From positions 124,001 through 188,000 of IMG/VR virus record IMGVR_UViG_3300042922_000643: 64,000 nt of DNA. One strand, written 5' to 3'. Below the pieces are notes generated by a model. That model did not search any database. It saw nothing but the letters and a program-made list of their open reading frames with translations, and was not told the DNA's origin. Shown one piece after another: positions 21,301 through 31,600 of this stretch; positions within the stretch are counted from its first letter, which is position 1, and each line of letters starts with the position of its first letter. A program made the translations under genes and the position numbers.

Positions 21301-24300
21301 CATTTGCACCCAGATTAGAGTTCATAATCAACTGACCTTTAGAAAGCTTAACATCTCCCTCACTAAGACCGAAATGTTGTGTCATAAACCCACGGATTGC
21401 ACCCATCGCATTATCCATAGCTTCGACTCTTTTAACGTCTCCAACAGTAAATTGTTTATCGATTTGCTTTTGCGCTTCATCAATAACGAGTCGAACTTTT
21501 GAGTTCACAAATGATCCGTACTGTTCCTTCGAGAACTTCGCTTTTGGAAGAACGACATCCGCTTCAATGCCTAGCGCGTTAAGGATTTCATCAGAAGCAA
21601 CACGAGCCGTAACACGGTGACCAGCCTCAGAGATGATCTTTACACCATCAGACATGGATTGAAGCTCTTCGAAGATTAAGGAGTTGTTTGTAGTATCCAG
21701 ACCTTTAAAGATTGCTTTTTCACTACGTCCATTATAACGATATGATTCTCTAACCTTATCATCCTTCATTAAAGCTCCAACAGTGATATGCCCCTTTGTT
21801 GGGCTTCCGATACGATTGTCACGATCTAACAGAGACATGATATCGCGCTCAGATTCAGTTAGAGTTTCTTTAACACGGATAATACCATCTTCGCCTATCT
21901 CAGTACCGAGCATGTCCATCAATCTACGATCAATATTTGCACCTTCAGCCATACGTATACGGCTTTCGCGAGAAGTAACAAGCCCTTTGGCATAGCTTTC
22001 ACGAACAAGAACCATACCATCATAAGTTGTCATCATCGGATTGGACTTGCCCATCGTTTTTTCCATCATACCTTTAAGCTGGGAATCGTCGATATAGGCT
22101 GTCCGAGTACTCAGATATGCAAGTTCTTGGTCGTATATATTCTTACCAACATCTGTTACTAGTCCAGGAGTCAGATATCTACTGATCTGGTCAGCACTCT
22201 TTCCTCCACGACTTAGACCATCAACTACACGATTCCGATCAAGTGGAAGATAGTTGACAGACTTTTGGATATTTTCCTGCGTCATGGAGTTCCAGAAACC
22301 AAAAGGTGTGTCTTGTCTAGCATCGACACCAACCGCAGAAAGAATATTGTTGGCGGCTAAGGTATCCTTAACGTTCTGGAAATTGATATGGAGATTCAGT
22401 TTGCTTGCATAGGTAGGCGCTTCTTGATCGAACTTTCGACGTTCCTTCATGTTTAAAGAGTCGAGGAATGATCCTTTGAATTTGCTGGAGGCTTCATACT
22501 CTTTCTTTTTAAGAGCTTCACTACCATATTGATCTGCATACCAGCTTTTAGCAAGACCTGCTACATCAATCTGACCTGTGCGCAATCGTTTTGCACGGAG
22601 TGATTTACGAGCCTCTTCCTTCGTTAAACCATCTTCACTCATATATTTATTGTTCATAGAGAGAGATCCTATAGTTTGACGAACAATATTATTTCCCCAA
22701 GATTCACTTTCAGGTGCGCGACCTTGAAGTACAAGGTCTTTAATTTTCTTCGAGGAGCGAATCAGTTGCTGGCTCACAACATCGACACCAGAACCTAGCA
22801 TAAGCTTGCCGCGGTTGCGTCCCGTGCTCATCTCCATGGTCATAAGACGAGCAGATCTTTCCTGCCCAGGAACGAATACGTTGTTTTTCTCATTCAGAAG
22901 GGGCACCTTGATTGCGGCGACTTTACTGTGTTCAATAATCTCGTTTCCTTTAAGGCTGAAGATCTCTGCGGCTTGCTTTTTATTAGTCAGCGCCATTACT
23001 AGACCTTTATGCTTTTCATCATAAACAAATCCAACGGCAACGTCGTCAGAGGAGAATGCTCTTGCAAGATCCGTAAGTGTTTCAGAGATGCCTTGGCTTA
23101 CCAATGAAGAGTTTTTAGCTCCCGTGGATTCGAGTATATTATTGAATACCTTGTCATGAGTCTGGATCATCTGGTTAAAGATACTGTCTGTAGGATTGAT
23201 CAGGCCCTGACCTTGCCAGGAATTCGAGCGGAATGGAACGGCAGGAAGGATTGCGCGTTGATGAATCGATGCACGCTTACCGCCGTACCCACTACGAATT
23301 TTTTGAGCACGCAAAGGGTTCACATTAAAAGGATCTTCAACGGTCATAGTACTCATACCCATACCGTTGAGTCCTTTAGCTTGTTCATAGGTATGTTCTT
23401 GATGAATACGACCTGCAATTTCAGTGTAAAGTGTACCTAAAGAGTCATGGTCATCTAGGCGATCAATCAATCGGTACATTTCTTTAGCCGCTGAACCTGT
23501 AAGTCCTGAGCGACCTTTCGTACGTAGCTCATCGATCATTGTTTTGAGACGCTTTTTCGTAATACGCATCGATGGCTTGCCCATATCATAGCCGCTACCT
23601 ACAACACGTTTGATCCCCGACTCAACACTAGCAGGATCTTTTAATGAAATGTTATGTATTTCCCCATCCATCTTAATAGGGATTACTTTTTGGCTATCTG
23701 GAAGCTGAACTTCCATTGTGTTTCCACCAAATTCAGCGTCAATGATCTTACGATAGTTTTTCAGAGCTACGCCTTGGGCATATTTAGCACTAGAGCTGTC
23801 ACCTTGAAGCGGAGATTTCTCCAATTCAGAGATAAAGTCAAGGATATGATCCTTTTCCCCTGCTACACGCTTCTTCAAAAGCTGGTAGTCTCGAACAAAT
23901 TCAGGTTTTGCTTCTTGGAAGACGCCCTTATTGTCCATGTATCCAAGTGCTTTTCGGACTTCCTCTGGGGATTTGCCAGCTGCTTCAGCTTCAACCCCGC
24001 CAATCATTCGTTTAATCTGTGTAACGCCGCCTTCAGGACTGAATAAACGGTCCCAACGACGACGAGCGCGGTCAGCCATAGTGTTTCCTTGCAGTGTTTT
24101 ACGCTCAATTTCAGATAGATGATCCATAGGAATGAAATGCTGCCCAAAAACAGAACGCAATTCATCTTCGCTTTCTCTAAAAATCATGTGATAAAGGTCT
24201 TCGCCATCAGGAGTTTGGTTGCGAAGTACAGCTCCAAAGTGGCTTTTCCCATCAATCTGGAAATCTTTAACTGTTTTTTCTAATGTATAAGCTGTATTTT

Positions 24301-25618
24301 TATAAATTGGGTTCGGTTTAATATTTTCATACACAGGAACAAGCTGACCTTTTTCGTCTCGCTTATAAACCATATCAAATTTACCATTACGTGATGCTTC
24401 AAACGAAGACATGCCACTAACCGAGAATAAGGAGTCGCCCATTTTAAAAGGAGTTCTATCCCACGAAGCACTGAGAGGACCTTTCACTCCAATACCATTC
24501 GGACCAATCAGATTCTGAGAAGAAACCAGCTTGTTAAAAATGTCCGCGGAAGTGTTCAAGTCATCAATCGCTGTATGCGCAACACCCTTAGAGATACCAA
24601 GCATGTCTGCAACCTGCTCTTGTTTCAGGTTCTTACCAAATATACTAGCTTGATTGCGGAAAAACGTTCTAAAGATCTGAAGATTATCCACTACTCGACC
24701 TGAACCGAAGCTGTTTACTAACGCTGTTAGCTCTTTCTGTTGCTTAGGACTAGTAACTAGCGGGTTTAGATGGTTCATTAAATAGTCTTTCATCATTGGA
24801 ATATCGTAAGCATCAATGTTTGCGCCACCAATAATCGCATTCTTTCGCCCACCAATAACTCGTGCAAGCTCACTTACAACTTGTTCTGGTGAACTGCCGT
24901 AAGATAAGTTAGTACGACCTTTATGCATCCGCTTTACTTGGTCAGGAGTAAAGATAAATCCTGTAGGAGCCTGCTTGTCTCGAAGCTGTCTATTAAGATA
25001 GGTAGCGCCGTTTTTACCTTTACTGAAATAACCATTGCCAAATGGATCATCATCCCCATAGAGGATAAGGTCATTCAACGTACGGCGTTCATCTTTTGAC
25101 AATGAGCTTGTGGCATAACCATTACTCGCTACTTTCTGAAGCAGAGAATCAATATGAGCAAAGACATTGTCTGTAGGCCGAACAAGAAGAGATACCTCTT
25201 TGGACTTTGGCATTCTTTCAAAGGTATAATTGCTGGAAACTTTCCGCTGTCCAATCGCTATTTCTGTTGGGGAATACCAAGGGAGGCTATCGCTACCTTT
25301 GCCTCCGAAAGTACCCAGGTTTTCTATGTCCATCATAAATACATTGTCTCCAGGTCTTACGGATAACAAATTTTCGATGGTCTTTTGCGGACTCGAACCA
25401 AACCAATTGCCAGGGCTTACGCTACGGTAGATACCAAGCTCTTCAGCGGGAGCCCCAAGCATACCTTGTGCATTTCGGGCATAAATCTCCCCAAGCGGTT
25501 CGCTTCTTTTAAAAGATCCGCTTCGAATGCTAGACCAGACCAGGCGAGAATTCTCGCCCGATCCTATGTATGTATAATTCAGTTTAGCTTTCTTCGCTGC
25601 GTCTTCGTAACTAGCCAT
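18350..25618 (-). CDS. Single-chain double-psi-beta-barrel (multisubunit-type) RNA polymerase with N-terminal DEDDh exonuclease; putative virion RNAP
   Basis: NADYDGD at 19874-19894; FVNRYPTIHES at about 19988-20020; SKGSIAKKLLTSQQDMSGRF at about 20280-20340; beta-like TYDGMVLVRE and GVKIISEAGHRVT; DEDDh motifs MMDIENLG / GANIDAYD / AHTAIDD. Confidence 0.88.
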   Translation of the reverse strand: MASYEDAAKKAKLNYTYIGSGENSRLVWSSIRSGSFKRSEPLGEIYARNAQGMLGAPAEELGIYRSVSPGNWFGSSPQKTIENLLSVRPGDNVFMMDIENLGTFGGKGSDSLPWYSPTEIAIGQRKVSSNYTFERMPKSKEVSLLVRPTDNVFAHIDSLLQKVASNGYATSSLSKDERRTLNDLILYGDDDPFGNGYFSKGKNGATYLNRQLRDKQAPTGFIFTPDQVKRMHKGRTNLSYGSSPEQVVSELARVIGGRKNAIIGGANIDAYDIPMMKDYLMNHLNPLVTSPKQQKELTALVNSFGSGRVVDNLQIFRTFFRNQASIFGKNLKQEQVADMLGISKGVAHTAIDDLNTSADIFNKLVSSQNLIGPNGIGVKGPLSASWDRTPFKMGDSLFSVSGMSSFEASRNGKFDMVYKRDEKGQLVPVYENIKPNPIYKNTAYTLEKTVKDFQIDGKSHFGAVLRNQTPDGEDLYHMIFRESEDELRSVFGQHFIPMDHLSEIERKTLQGNTMADRARRRWDRLFSPEGGVTQIKRMIGGVEAEAAGKSPEEVRKALGYMDNKGVFQEAKPEFVRDYQLLKKRVAGEKDHILDFISELEKSPLQGDSSSAKYAQGVALKNYRKIIDAEFGGNTMEVQLPDSQKVIPIKMDGEIHNISLKDPASVESGIKRVVGSGYDMGKPSMRITKKRLKTMIDELRTKGRSGLTGSAAKEMYRLIDRLDDHDSLGTLYTEIAGRIHQEHTYEQAKGLNGMGMSTMTVEDPFNVNPLRAQKIRSGYGGKRASIHQRAILPAVPFRSNSWQGQGLINPTDSIFNQMIQTHDKVFNNILESTGAKNSSLVSQGISETLTDLARAFSSDDVAVGFVYDEKHKGLVMALTNKKQAAEIFSLKGNEIIEHSKVAAIKVPLLNEKNNVFVPGQERSARLMTMEMSTGRNRGKLMLGSGVDVVSQQLIRSSKKIKDLVLQGRAPESESWGNNIVRQTIGSLSMNNKYMSEDGLTKEEARKSLRAKRLRTGQIDVAGLAKSWYADQYGSEALKKKEYEASSKFKGSFLDSLNMKERRKFDQEAPTYASKLNLHINFQNVKDTLAANNILSAVGVDARQDTPFGFWNSMTQENIQKSVNYLPLDRNRVVDGLSRGGKSADQISRYLTPGLVTDVGKNIYDQELAYLSTRTAYIDDSQLKGMMEKTMGKSNPMMTTYDGMVLVRESYAKGLVTSRESRIRMAEGANIDRRLMDMLGTEIGEDGIIRVKETLTESERDIMSLLDRDNRIGSPTKGHITVGALMKDDKVRESYRYNGRSEKAIFKGLDTTNNSLIFEELQSMSDGVKIISEAGHRVTARVASDEILNALGIEADVVLPKAKFSKEQYGSFVNSKVRLVIDEAQKQIDKQFTVGDVKRVEAMDNAMGAIRGFMTQHFGLSEGDVKLSKGQLIMNSNLGANAQGSFNLQSVQNFLSEFDKEENKWIGAGGFLKNTIEYGQESFGNADVYNWENSMGATFEGRFDPRTGRMKKVESIDGLVSWGIKETGAISDRADRFLGEGNAVSSWVNKHVSAAARAQNRDIDGYARNLISASLDLTDTDLQQKGILREGEVVIRTRGDSFHINDRDGIRAGRINNGITEISAHTFTDPPQSGYKGQTRTVGDYSNTVIQMGGEHVELFENGKATGKKMSDAIRQNGGTALFELPGDNFGRKYVRFFDSHIASVPINADESMAVLTDLQKAQIKIASKSKEYQAAQTPETETALRNAISNYDEQVRYEITSSKGSIAKKLLTSQQDMSGRFRAQTVNPLASGNFKEGSLYVSEQRMLEMIDGAEDKVLRATNAERHNVLSTEWKEANKNLKTSDRIPKNMFMREAALAEIKEKGLYGFVNRYPTIHESTNAVLKVEVSNELTKANARTGLFTVGTATSLNADYDGDFISNVLAHYKYQEGAEVHQAMAKIHQGSLPEFEAVAKEVRSDIESKASAQGVTVQELWRSAEFRKEFHEQWAPKVGPLQDAETAIARLGKADVGVLDNTRYKLSSLIYGVKETLKSGGMLTEERSAELSTMRSHLDDFGRAVSQKAISSKKFKIEDFVQSYIANNEGATLEAAQEYARTNLIQRDAALEDLKGGINRPDGDGIERIRKANSVLGIFDTASGAGFTPTDAQPFEFEHMLDSLQKTGQYTGRSRGLFNDVSDKLFVSEGIKSPEDLSNMLRGKGTSILETPGMQHLINFDPRIAESLEKPLSYSSKALASNLEEPNMGSLLRESQATPLSEELLGGATTAKNSGEKVRELADRFAAGFGGGGSAGFGTIRAAGLVFGGLWAASAITRGGPTPEETVRGKDGVIEESMPRGSAMGMLDKSPTARVTPNEDGEHINISINSKQASTMSEQQIAALVHGELNAMMPMQLNMNMNVQDNTTNLDQQWLQGIVSQAISGGRIIS

Positions 25619-25632
25619 CGCTACATTCCCCT

Positions 25633-28600
25633 TTATCCAAATATTGAACCCATGTTATTGTTAAACTCCGAGACGATTTCATCTCTACGGTCTTTGATAA
25701 AGTCCATTGCAAGACTTATCTTATTCTCACCCTGTAAAGGTGAAGTCGTCATACTCACCTGCGCATCCTTAAGCCCTGCGCCTTGAAGAATCTTTTCGAT
25801 TCTAGTGATATCAATCGACATGCTAGGGCGGAATGGTTCAATTCGATTAACCCCAGAAGAGTCTGCATTCTTTACATCATCCTGCCACATTCCAAACTCT
25901 GTCAGTTCTAGACCTTCGTTTCGAACGACTTTAAGTTTGATATCGTCAAGATTGACATTGGCATCCCAGCCCTCCCACTTTGCATTAGGGAGATAGTGAT
26001 CCTTAAAGTACGAGTTTAAGCTCTCAGGCTCGTCTGTGTCCATACCCCATTTTGCTTGGTAGAACCGACGCTGATTCTTAGGAACCAACCGAAGAATTTC
26101 TTCTCTTTCTTTCGGAGCCGCAGTCATAAATTGAGTAAAGAATTCACGGTCCTTACTAGGAAGAGCTCGGAAGATCTTTGTCATGTCTCCATTCGGATCT
26201 GCCCCGTATAGTGTGGACTCATACTGCTCTTTATATTGCAGAGCTTGCATCGTCTTCGAACCGATACGGTAAGAACCGCGGTCTTGATCGATCATCTTGA
26301 GTCGGCTACGAACATTATCTAACTGTTCCTCGACTACGTCCTCGTCAACATAACCTATCTTCTTCGCCATGGAAAGCCATTTTTTCGAAGCATCCAGATA
26401 ATTACGAAGTTTTTTATTCTTTTGACCGCGGTCACCGCTGTCTCCGACAAGTTGATCGACGTCGATCCCCTCTTCGTCCTTAGCTCGCTCAGCAGCTCTC
26501 TCGTAGAGACCTTTATACTTCATGTATTTCAGAACATCGAAATACTCATTAATAGCACGTTCTTTTTCTCTTCGCTTAGGAATCCAGGCGTAGTCATCTC
26601 CACCAGGAGAACGACGACCTACAAATTCGTCGATGCTACGTGCAGCCGCGAGTCCACCAAAGACAGCAGCTCCAACCCACTTACCATAATACTTACCTGC
26701 GCCCTTCTTACCAAAGAGCCATCCAATACCATAGCCTTGTGCTGCACCAACCAGAGGATTCTGAGAGGCTGCGGTTTCCAACATCGGCTGAATCCATCCA
26801 CCCCAAGGATCTGTCCAAGGTCTCCAAGCTTTACCATAGACTTCATTCTTCTTGTACATTTCAAGTGGTGAACGAACCTGCATAAACTTGTCTGCAATTA
26901 CCCCAACGATTGGGATCTTCGGAATAGCATCATGAGTCATCCATTCCATCATGCGGCCTACGGTGACCTGCGTCTTGTCATACATAGCGATAGTGCCTAC
27001 ACCCGTATTTTCACCTGAAGCATTTACGCCGTCTTTCTTATCAAACTTACGAGCCAGCATTGCATTAACGGATTGCCCTTTGGTACTCATATAGAAAGGA
27101 TTGTGGTCATTGCCGTTACTATATACAACAGCGTGCATCGTGTTCATCGTATCGTCACGGACTCTATTGATTGGGTCAGCGTCTACACCAATCGTAATTT
27201 TAGCGCCCTCGTAGATATACTGCTGGAGCCATTCTTTCGCCTTCTCTGCATCCGCTTTTACCTTAACACCTGCAAGACGAATTGGATTGTTTGGATGTTC
27301 CGCAGTTAAGAAAGTATTCGCATCAAGAACCTTAGTAACAGTCACTTTCTGGTTATCGACTTCTGCATTGCGGAATTTGTTTGGATAGAAGTGGTATTTA
27401 TCTTTCTTAGCAGCCACTTGATCACGGACTTCTGCGTATTCATCTTCCATGCCCGTAGTCAGTGCGCCTGCTTCTTTCATCTGAGAAACCATTCGACGCC
27501 AGTATTTATATTCATCAGAGTAAGGTGCAACGTCAGCCAGGATCTTGAATCGATCAAATGCACCATAGTCTCCAAAGGTGTCAGGATGGAGCTTGTTAAG
27601 GCTCTCATACGCAGCGCCAGGAAGTCTCATTTCACCCTTAGCAACTTTAGTATATGGGTCTCCATGTTGGAAATCGATGAAGTAGTTAACGCCTGGCAAC
27701 CAATCAGGCATCTTATTTTGCAGAGGATTGTAATACTGTTTACGTGGATCTTTTGCTAGATAACGACGAGCAATTTCTGAGAACTCGCCGCCGAAGAATC
27801 CATCGGCACCGCCCATTTCCATATCCCAGAAGGAACGGCCATAACTCATCATACGGCTGGAGCGGTCTAACTTCTGACTCCGAATATTCGTATCTATTCC
27901 CATTGCCATATTTGCAGAGAAACCATAGATACCCGCTTGTTCTGTAAGGCCGTACCACATGTCTCCAAGGACCTGTGAGCCGCTGTACGGGCTTCCAATG
28001 TCCTTAAGGTCTGCTACAAAGTCTGGGTCACGAAGCGACTCCAGGCTGCTCATAGGGCGTGCTGGGAGCAACATACCGCCACCAGGTCCTACACCAGCAC
28101 CAGCGCCTGTTCCTCCAGCACCAGCAGCAACTATACCTGCGTTGATAGATCCGAGATTGTCCATAGCCAAAGCACCTGTAGTATAAGCGCCTGAGCTACT
28201 AGGACCACTTTTCCCATACCGAGTTAGCTGCGGAAGAGAAGGAGCATCTAATGAAGAAAGACCTTCACCAAAACCACCTCCGAAGGAGGAAGACTCAGAT
28301 AGCAGGTTGTATCCACCCGCAGGCATGAACTGAATAACGCCTTCACCTGTCGCGCTATCATACTGAGAAGTAATGTAATCATTAACTTCTTTCTGGTACT
28401 CACGGTGAGCCTTCGACAGGTCTTTGTTTTCACGATATGGATTGAGTAGACCACCAACTGTTCGATTTAGAGCAGGCCCAATAAGCGGGATCATTCCCAG
28501 CTCTTGAATGCCTCCACTAATTGGATAAGGGCGATCTTCAGCATGCTTTTTCTCATAGTGATCTGGATCAGTCAAGAAGTGCTTAATTGGAGCAAACGGA

Positions 28601-31600
28601 TGAGTAAGAGTAGGCATCCAACTATTAGCCCAGTACTCACTCTCACTACCGTACATTGTGTCTGTGAACTTATAATCAGACTTCATGCGGCGATACCAGT
28701 TAGGCTGGAAGCGGTCTATCTTTCCGCCTTCCCAAGGGGTTGTTGAGCCTATTCCCCACCAGCGGCCTTTGCGGACAGCGTCTTCTCCGCTTTCATAGTA
28801 ATGACGAAGTTCATCCTCACTACGAGTGTCCCCAAAGAATCCAAATGATCCATACTTAACAGCAGCACCAATAGGTGTTTTCCATAGCTGATCTAAGCCA
28901 GGTATCAATTCTGCGAACTCTTTACCGATCTGATTAATGCCAGTAAACTGTTTAAACCATGCAGTATCCAAAGACATGTTCGCATATGTATCCGCGGCTT
29001 TGTCACTGACTCTATCACCAGTCATACCGTCCAGGTGTTGCAACTGCTGAAGAGCAACATATGGAAGAACAATTCGCCGTCCAAACTGGTTGGTTATGAT
29101 ACTCTGCATCGATCCTCTATTTTTTTGAGAGAGACCAAGACCGATCTTCGCCAGGGAGTTGTCCAGACGTTCTGCAAAGTAGTACGGAATCATAGATGCC
29201 ATAGTAAAGTCTTGAATATTTTTGCGGCCTGCAAATGGTTGACCTAGAACCTTCATAGCAGAACTTGTTGATGCTTTTAGAGGACTTACTCCGTCTGTAA
29301 TTTGACGATTAATGTCTTCAAGCATCCAGTTCTTACCTCGGCCTTTATTCATGACGAGGTTACCGACTAAACCAAAAGGCTGTGGAGGTTGATCGCCAGG
29401 GCCCATGGACCATATTGGTGTGTAGTTTGTTACGGTATTAGAAAGAACTTCTCTGAAATCATCACGACGTATTAGATCGCCCTTAAAAGCTTCTAATGCT
29501 TCAGTCTTAGCTTGCGGACCTAAACGATAAACATCGTCCCAGTAGCGGTGTAACTCGTTAAGGACAGACAAATCCCCAACTTCTCTTGCTGCTTTCTCAG
29601 GAAGATTACCGTTCTTGATTCCTTCGCGAACGAGATCTGCTACAGAAACCTGAGCAGTTTGCTCGATCTGTTCAATAGCGTGCTGATGGATTAAGCGTTT
29701 AACATCGTCAATTCTATTTACTATATTAGTTTCGTGTACGTCTAAAGGCTGTAGAGGTCCCATGAGGTAAGGAGCATTGTCAGAGACAATACGCTTACCC
29801 TTTAGAAATTCCCCTTGGTTGTTGTGGTACTTCTCCCAAGTCTCGCTGACCTGACTGCCTACTTTACGCATGGCAATCCGACCATTCTTTTCACTCATAC
29901 CCGCACGAATACGGCCTAGAGACCCCATAATATCATCAGGCCCAAATAAGTTTCCTAGATCGATATTCGACTCTCCGTACGCTTGCTTCGCATAACTATT
30001 TAAGAAGTTTGCAGTATCATCGGACAAGGGCTTTGCTCTGGAGTTAATTTCTGCGTAGATATCCTTGTAAGAAGATTCTAAATCTTTGATCGTTGCATCA
30101 TCTTTAAAAATTGTTTTGTAGCGGTTACGCATCCAGTTTGGATCATCAAACTTGGTGAATGTGCTTAATGCTCGACTAAGAATAGTTTCAGACTCTTGTC
30201 CGCCGATATCAAATAATCGTTTAATGAATCCGCGATTAGCTCCAGCGCCCGTATGTAAGTTTGCAATGGAAGACATTGCTCTTGGAATAGCACCGAATCT
30301 AGCAGAGGCCAGCGTTACATTATCCTTAACAATTTCACCACTAACCAAATCCATAACTTTATTATTAGAGTACAGATAGTCTCGGCTCAGTACACCTACG
30401 GCAGCGTCTTGATTATGAGCCCGTGGATGTCTTAAGGTTTCGGCCACCCCATGTAAAGAAGGCTGGATAGTTCCTCGTTGCATCAAGTATGTTTTTGGAG
30501 CTTCTTTCATTGCTTCGTATGTGGTCCAGTGTGCAAGATCCAATGGGTTAAATCTCAGGAAAGGGACTTGGAAGTTTTGTTGAACGAACGAAGCAGACTT
30601 ATATAGACCTTCATGGAGACTTCTAGTATCTACGATATGTCCCGCATCATTAATGAATATACGGTGGTCTGCAACAAGATCAAGGAATCTGCTGTCTTTA
30701 TTGGCCATTGCAGCGATTTTATTACCTATACGGCCATTGACAGCCTCACCATTAATACGGCGGCGAATGACAGAGTCATTATCAAAGAGCTTATTGACCC
30801 ATTTTCCTGATTCATTCTTCTCTAGTAAATCTTTATTTACAACGGGACGGTATCCTGCACCACCCATCATTTTCGTAAGGAATGTTTCTTTCTTTTGATG
30901 GCGAGAAACAAAGTCATCAATGAGCTTGTTTTTCAGATTAACACTGCCCTGTACAGGAACACCATCAATAGATCCAGGCCGTTTTGCACCTCGAAGAACA
31001 CGACGGTCTAGTCGTCTAGCATCTGCTCTTTTTTGGAGAGTAGTGAACATTCCCTCAACAAATTCTTTACGAGCTGTCTCATCAGGAAGTTCTATCGAGA
31101 ATGCATTGTTATTCTTAACTTTATTTTCAGGACTGTATCTCTTCAACATATTCTCAATTCGTTCTACTCCAGGGTTCAGGAAGAAGTCCGAATCTTGAGC
31201 GTGAAGGTCATTAAGAATTTCACCAAGTCCTCTTTCAAAATGCTGAGGGAATTTGGTCTTGAGATCATTCATTGCCAACGTCTTTTGAGTAGAACGAATA
31301 TAACTTCGGCCTGTCGAAGAGAGATCAGTAATCAGCTGGCTATAATCTGTTTCAATATTAGTAGGCATACCGCCTAGTATACTTTGTTGTCTACGTATAG
31401 CTGTTTCGGTACTTCGAGATAAAGAGGATTCTAATCGCTGATTAAACCTCTCTGGGTTTAAAAAATGAGATACAGGGGAGCGTCGGTCTAAAGCATGATC
31501 AAGTGCTTTGATACCTGACATTGCATCCCCGATGAGGCCACCTATCTTAGGGGCCTGGTGAAGGTATGAAGCCGTTCTAAGAGCTGCACCCCCAACGATA

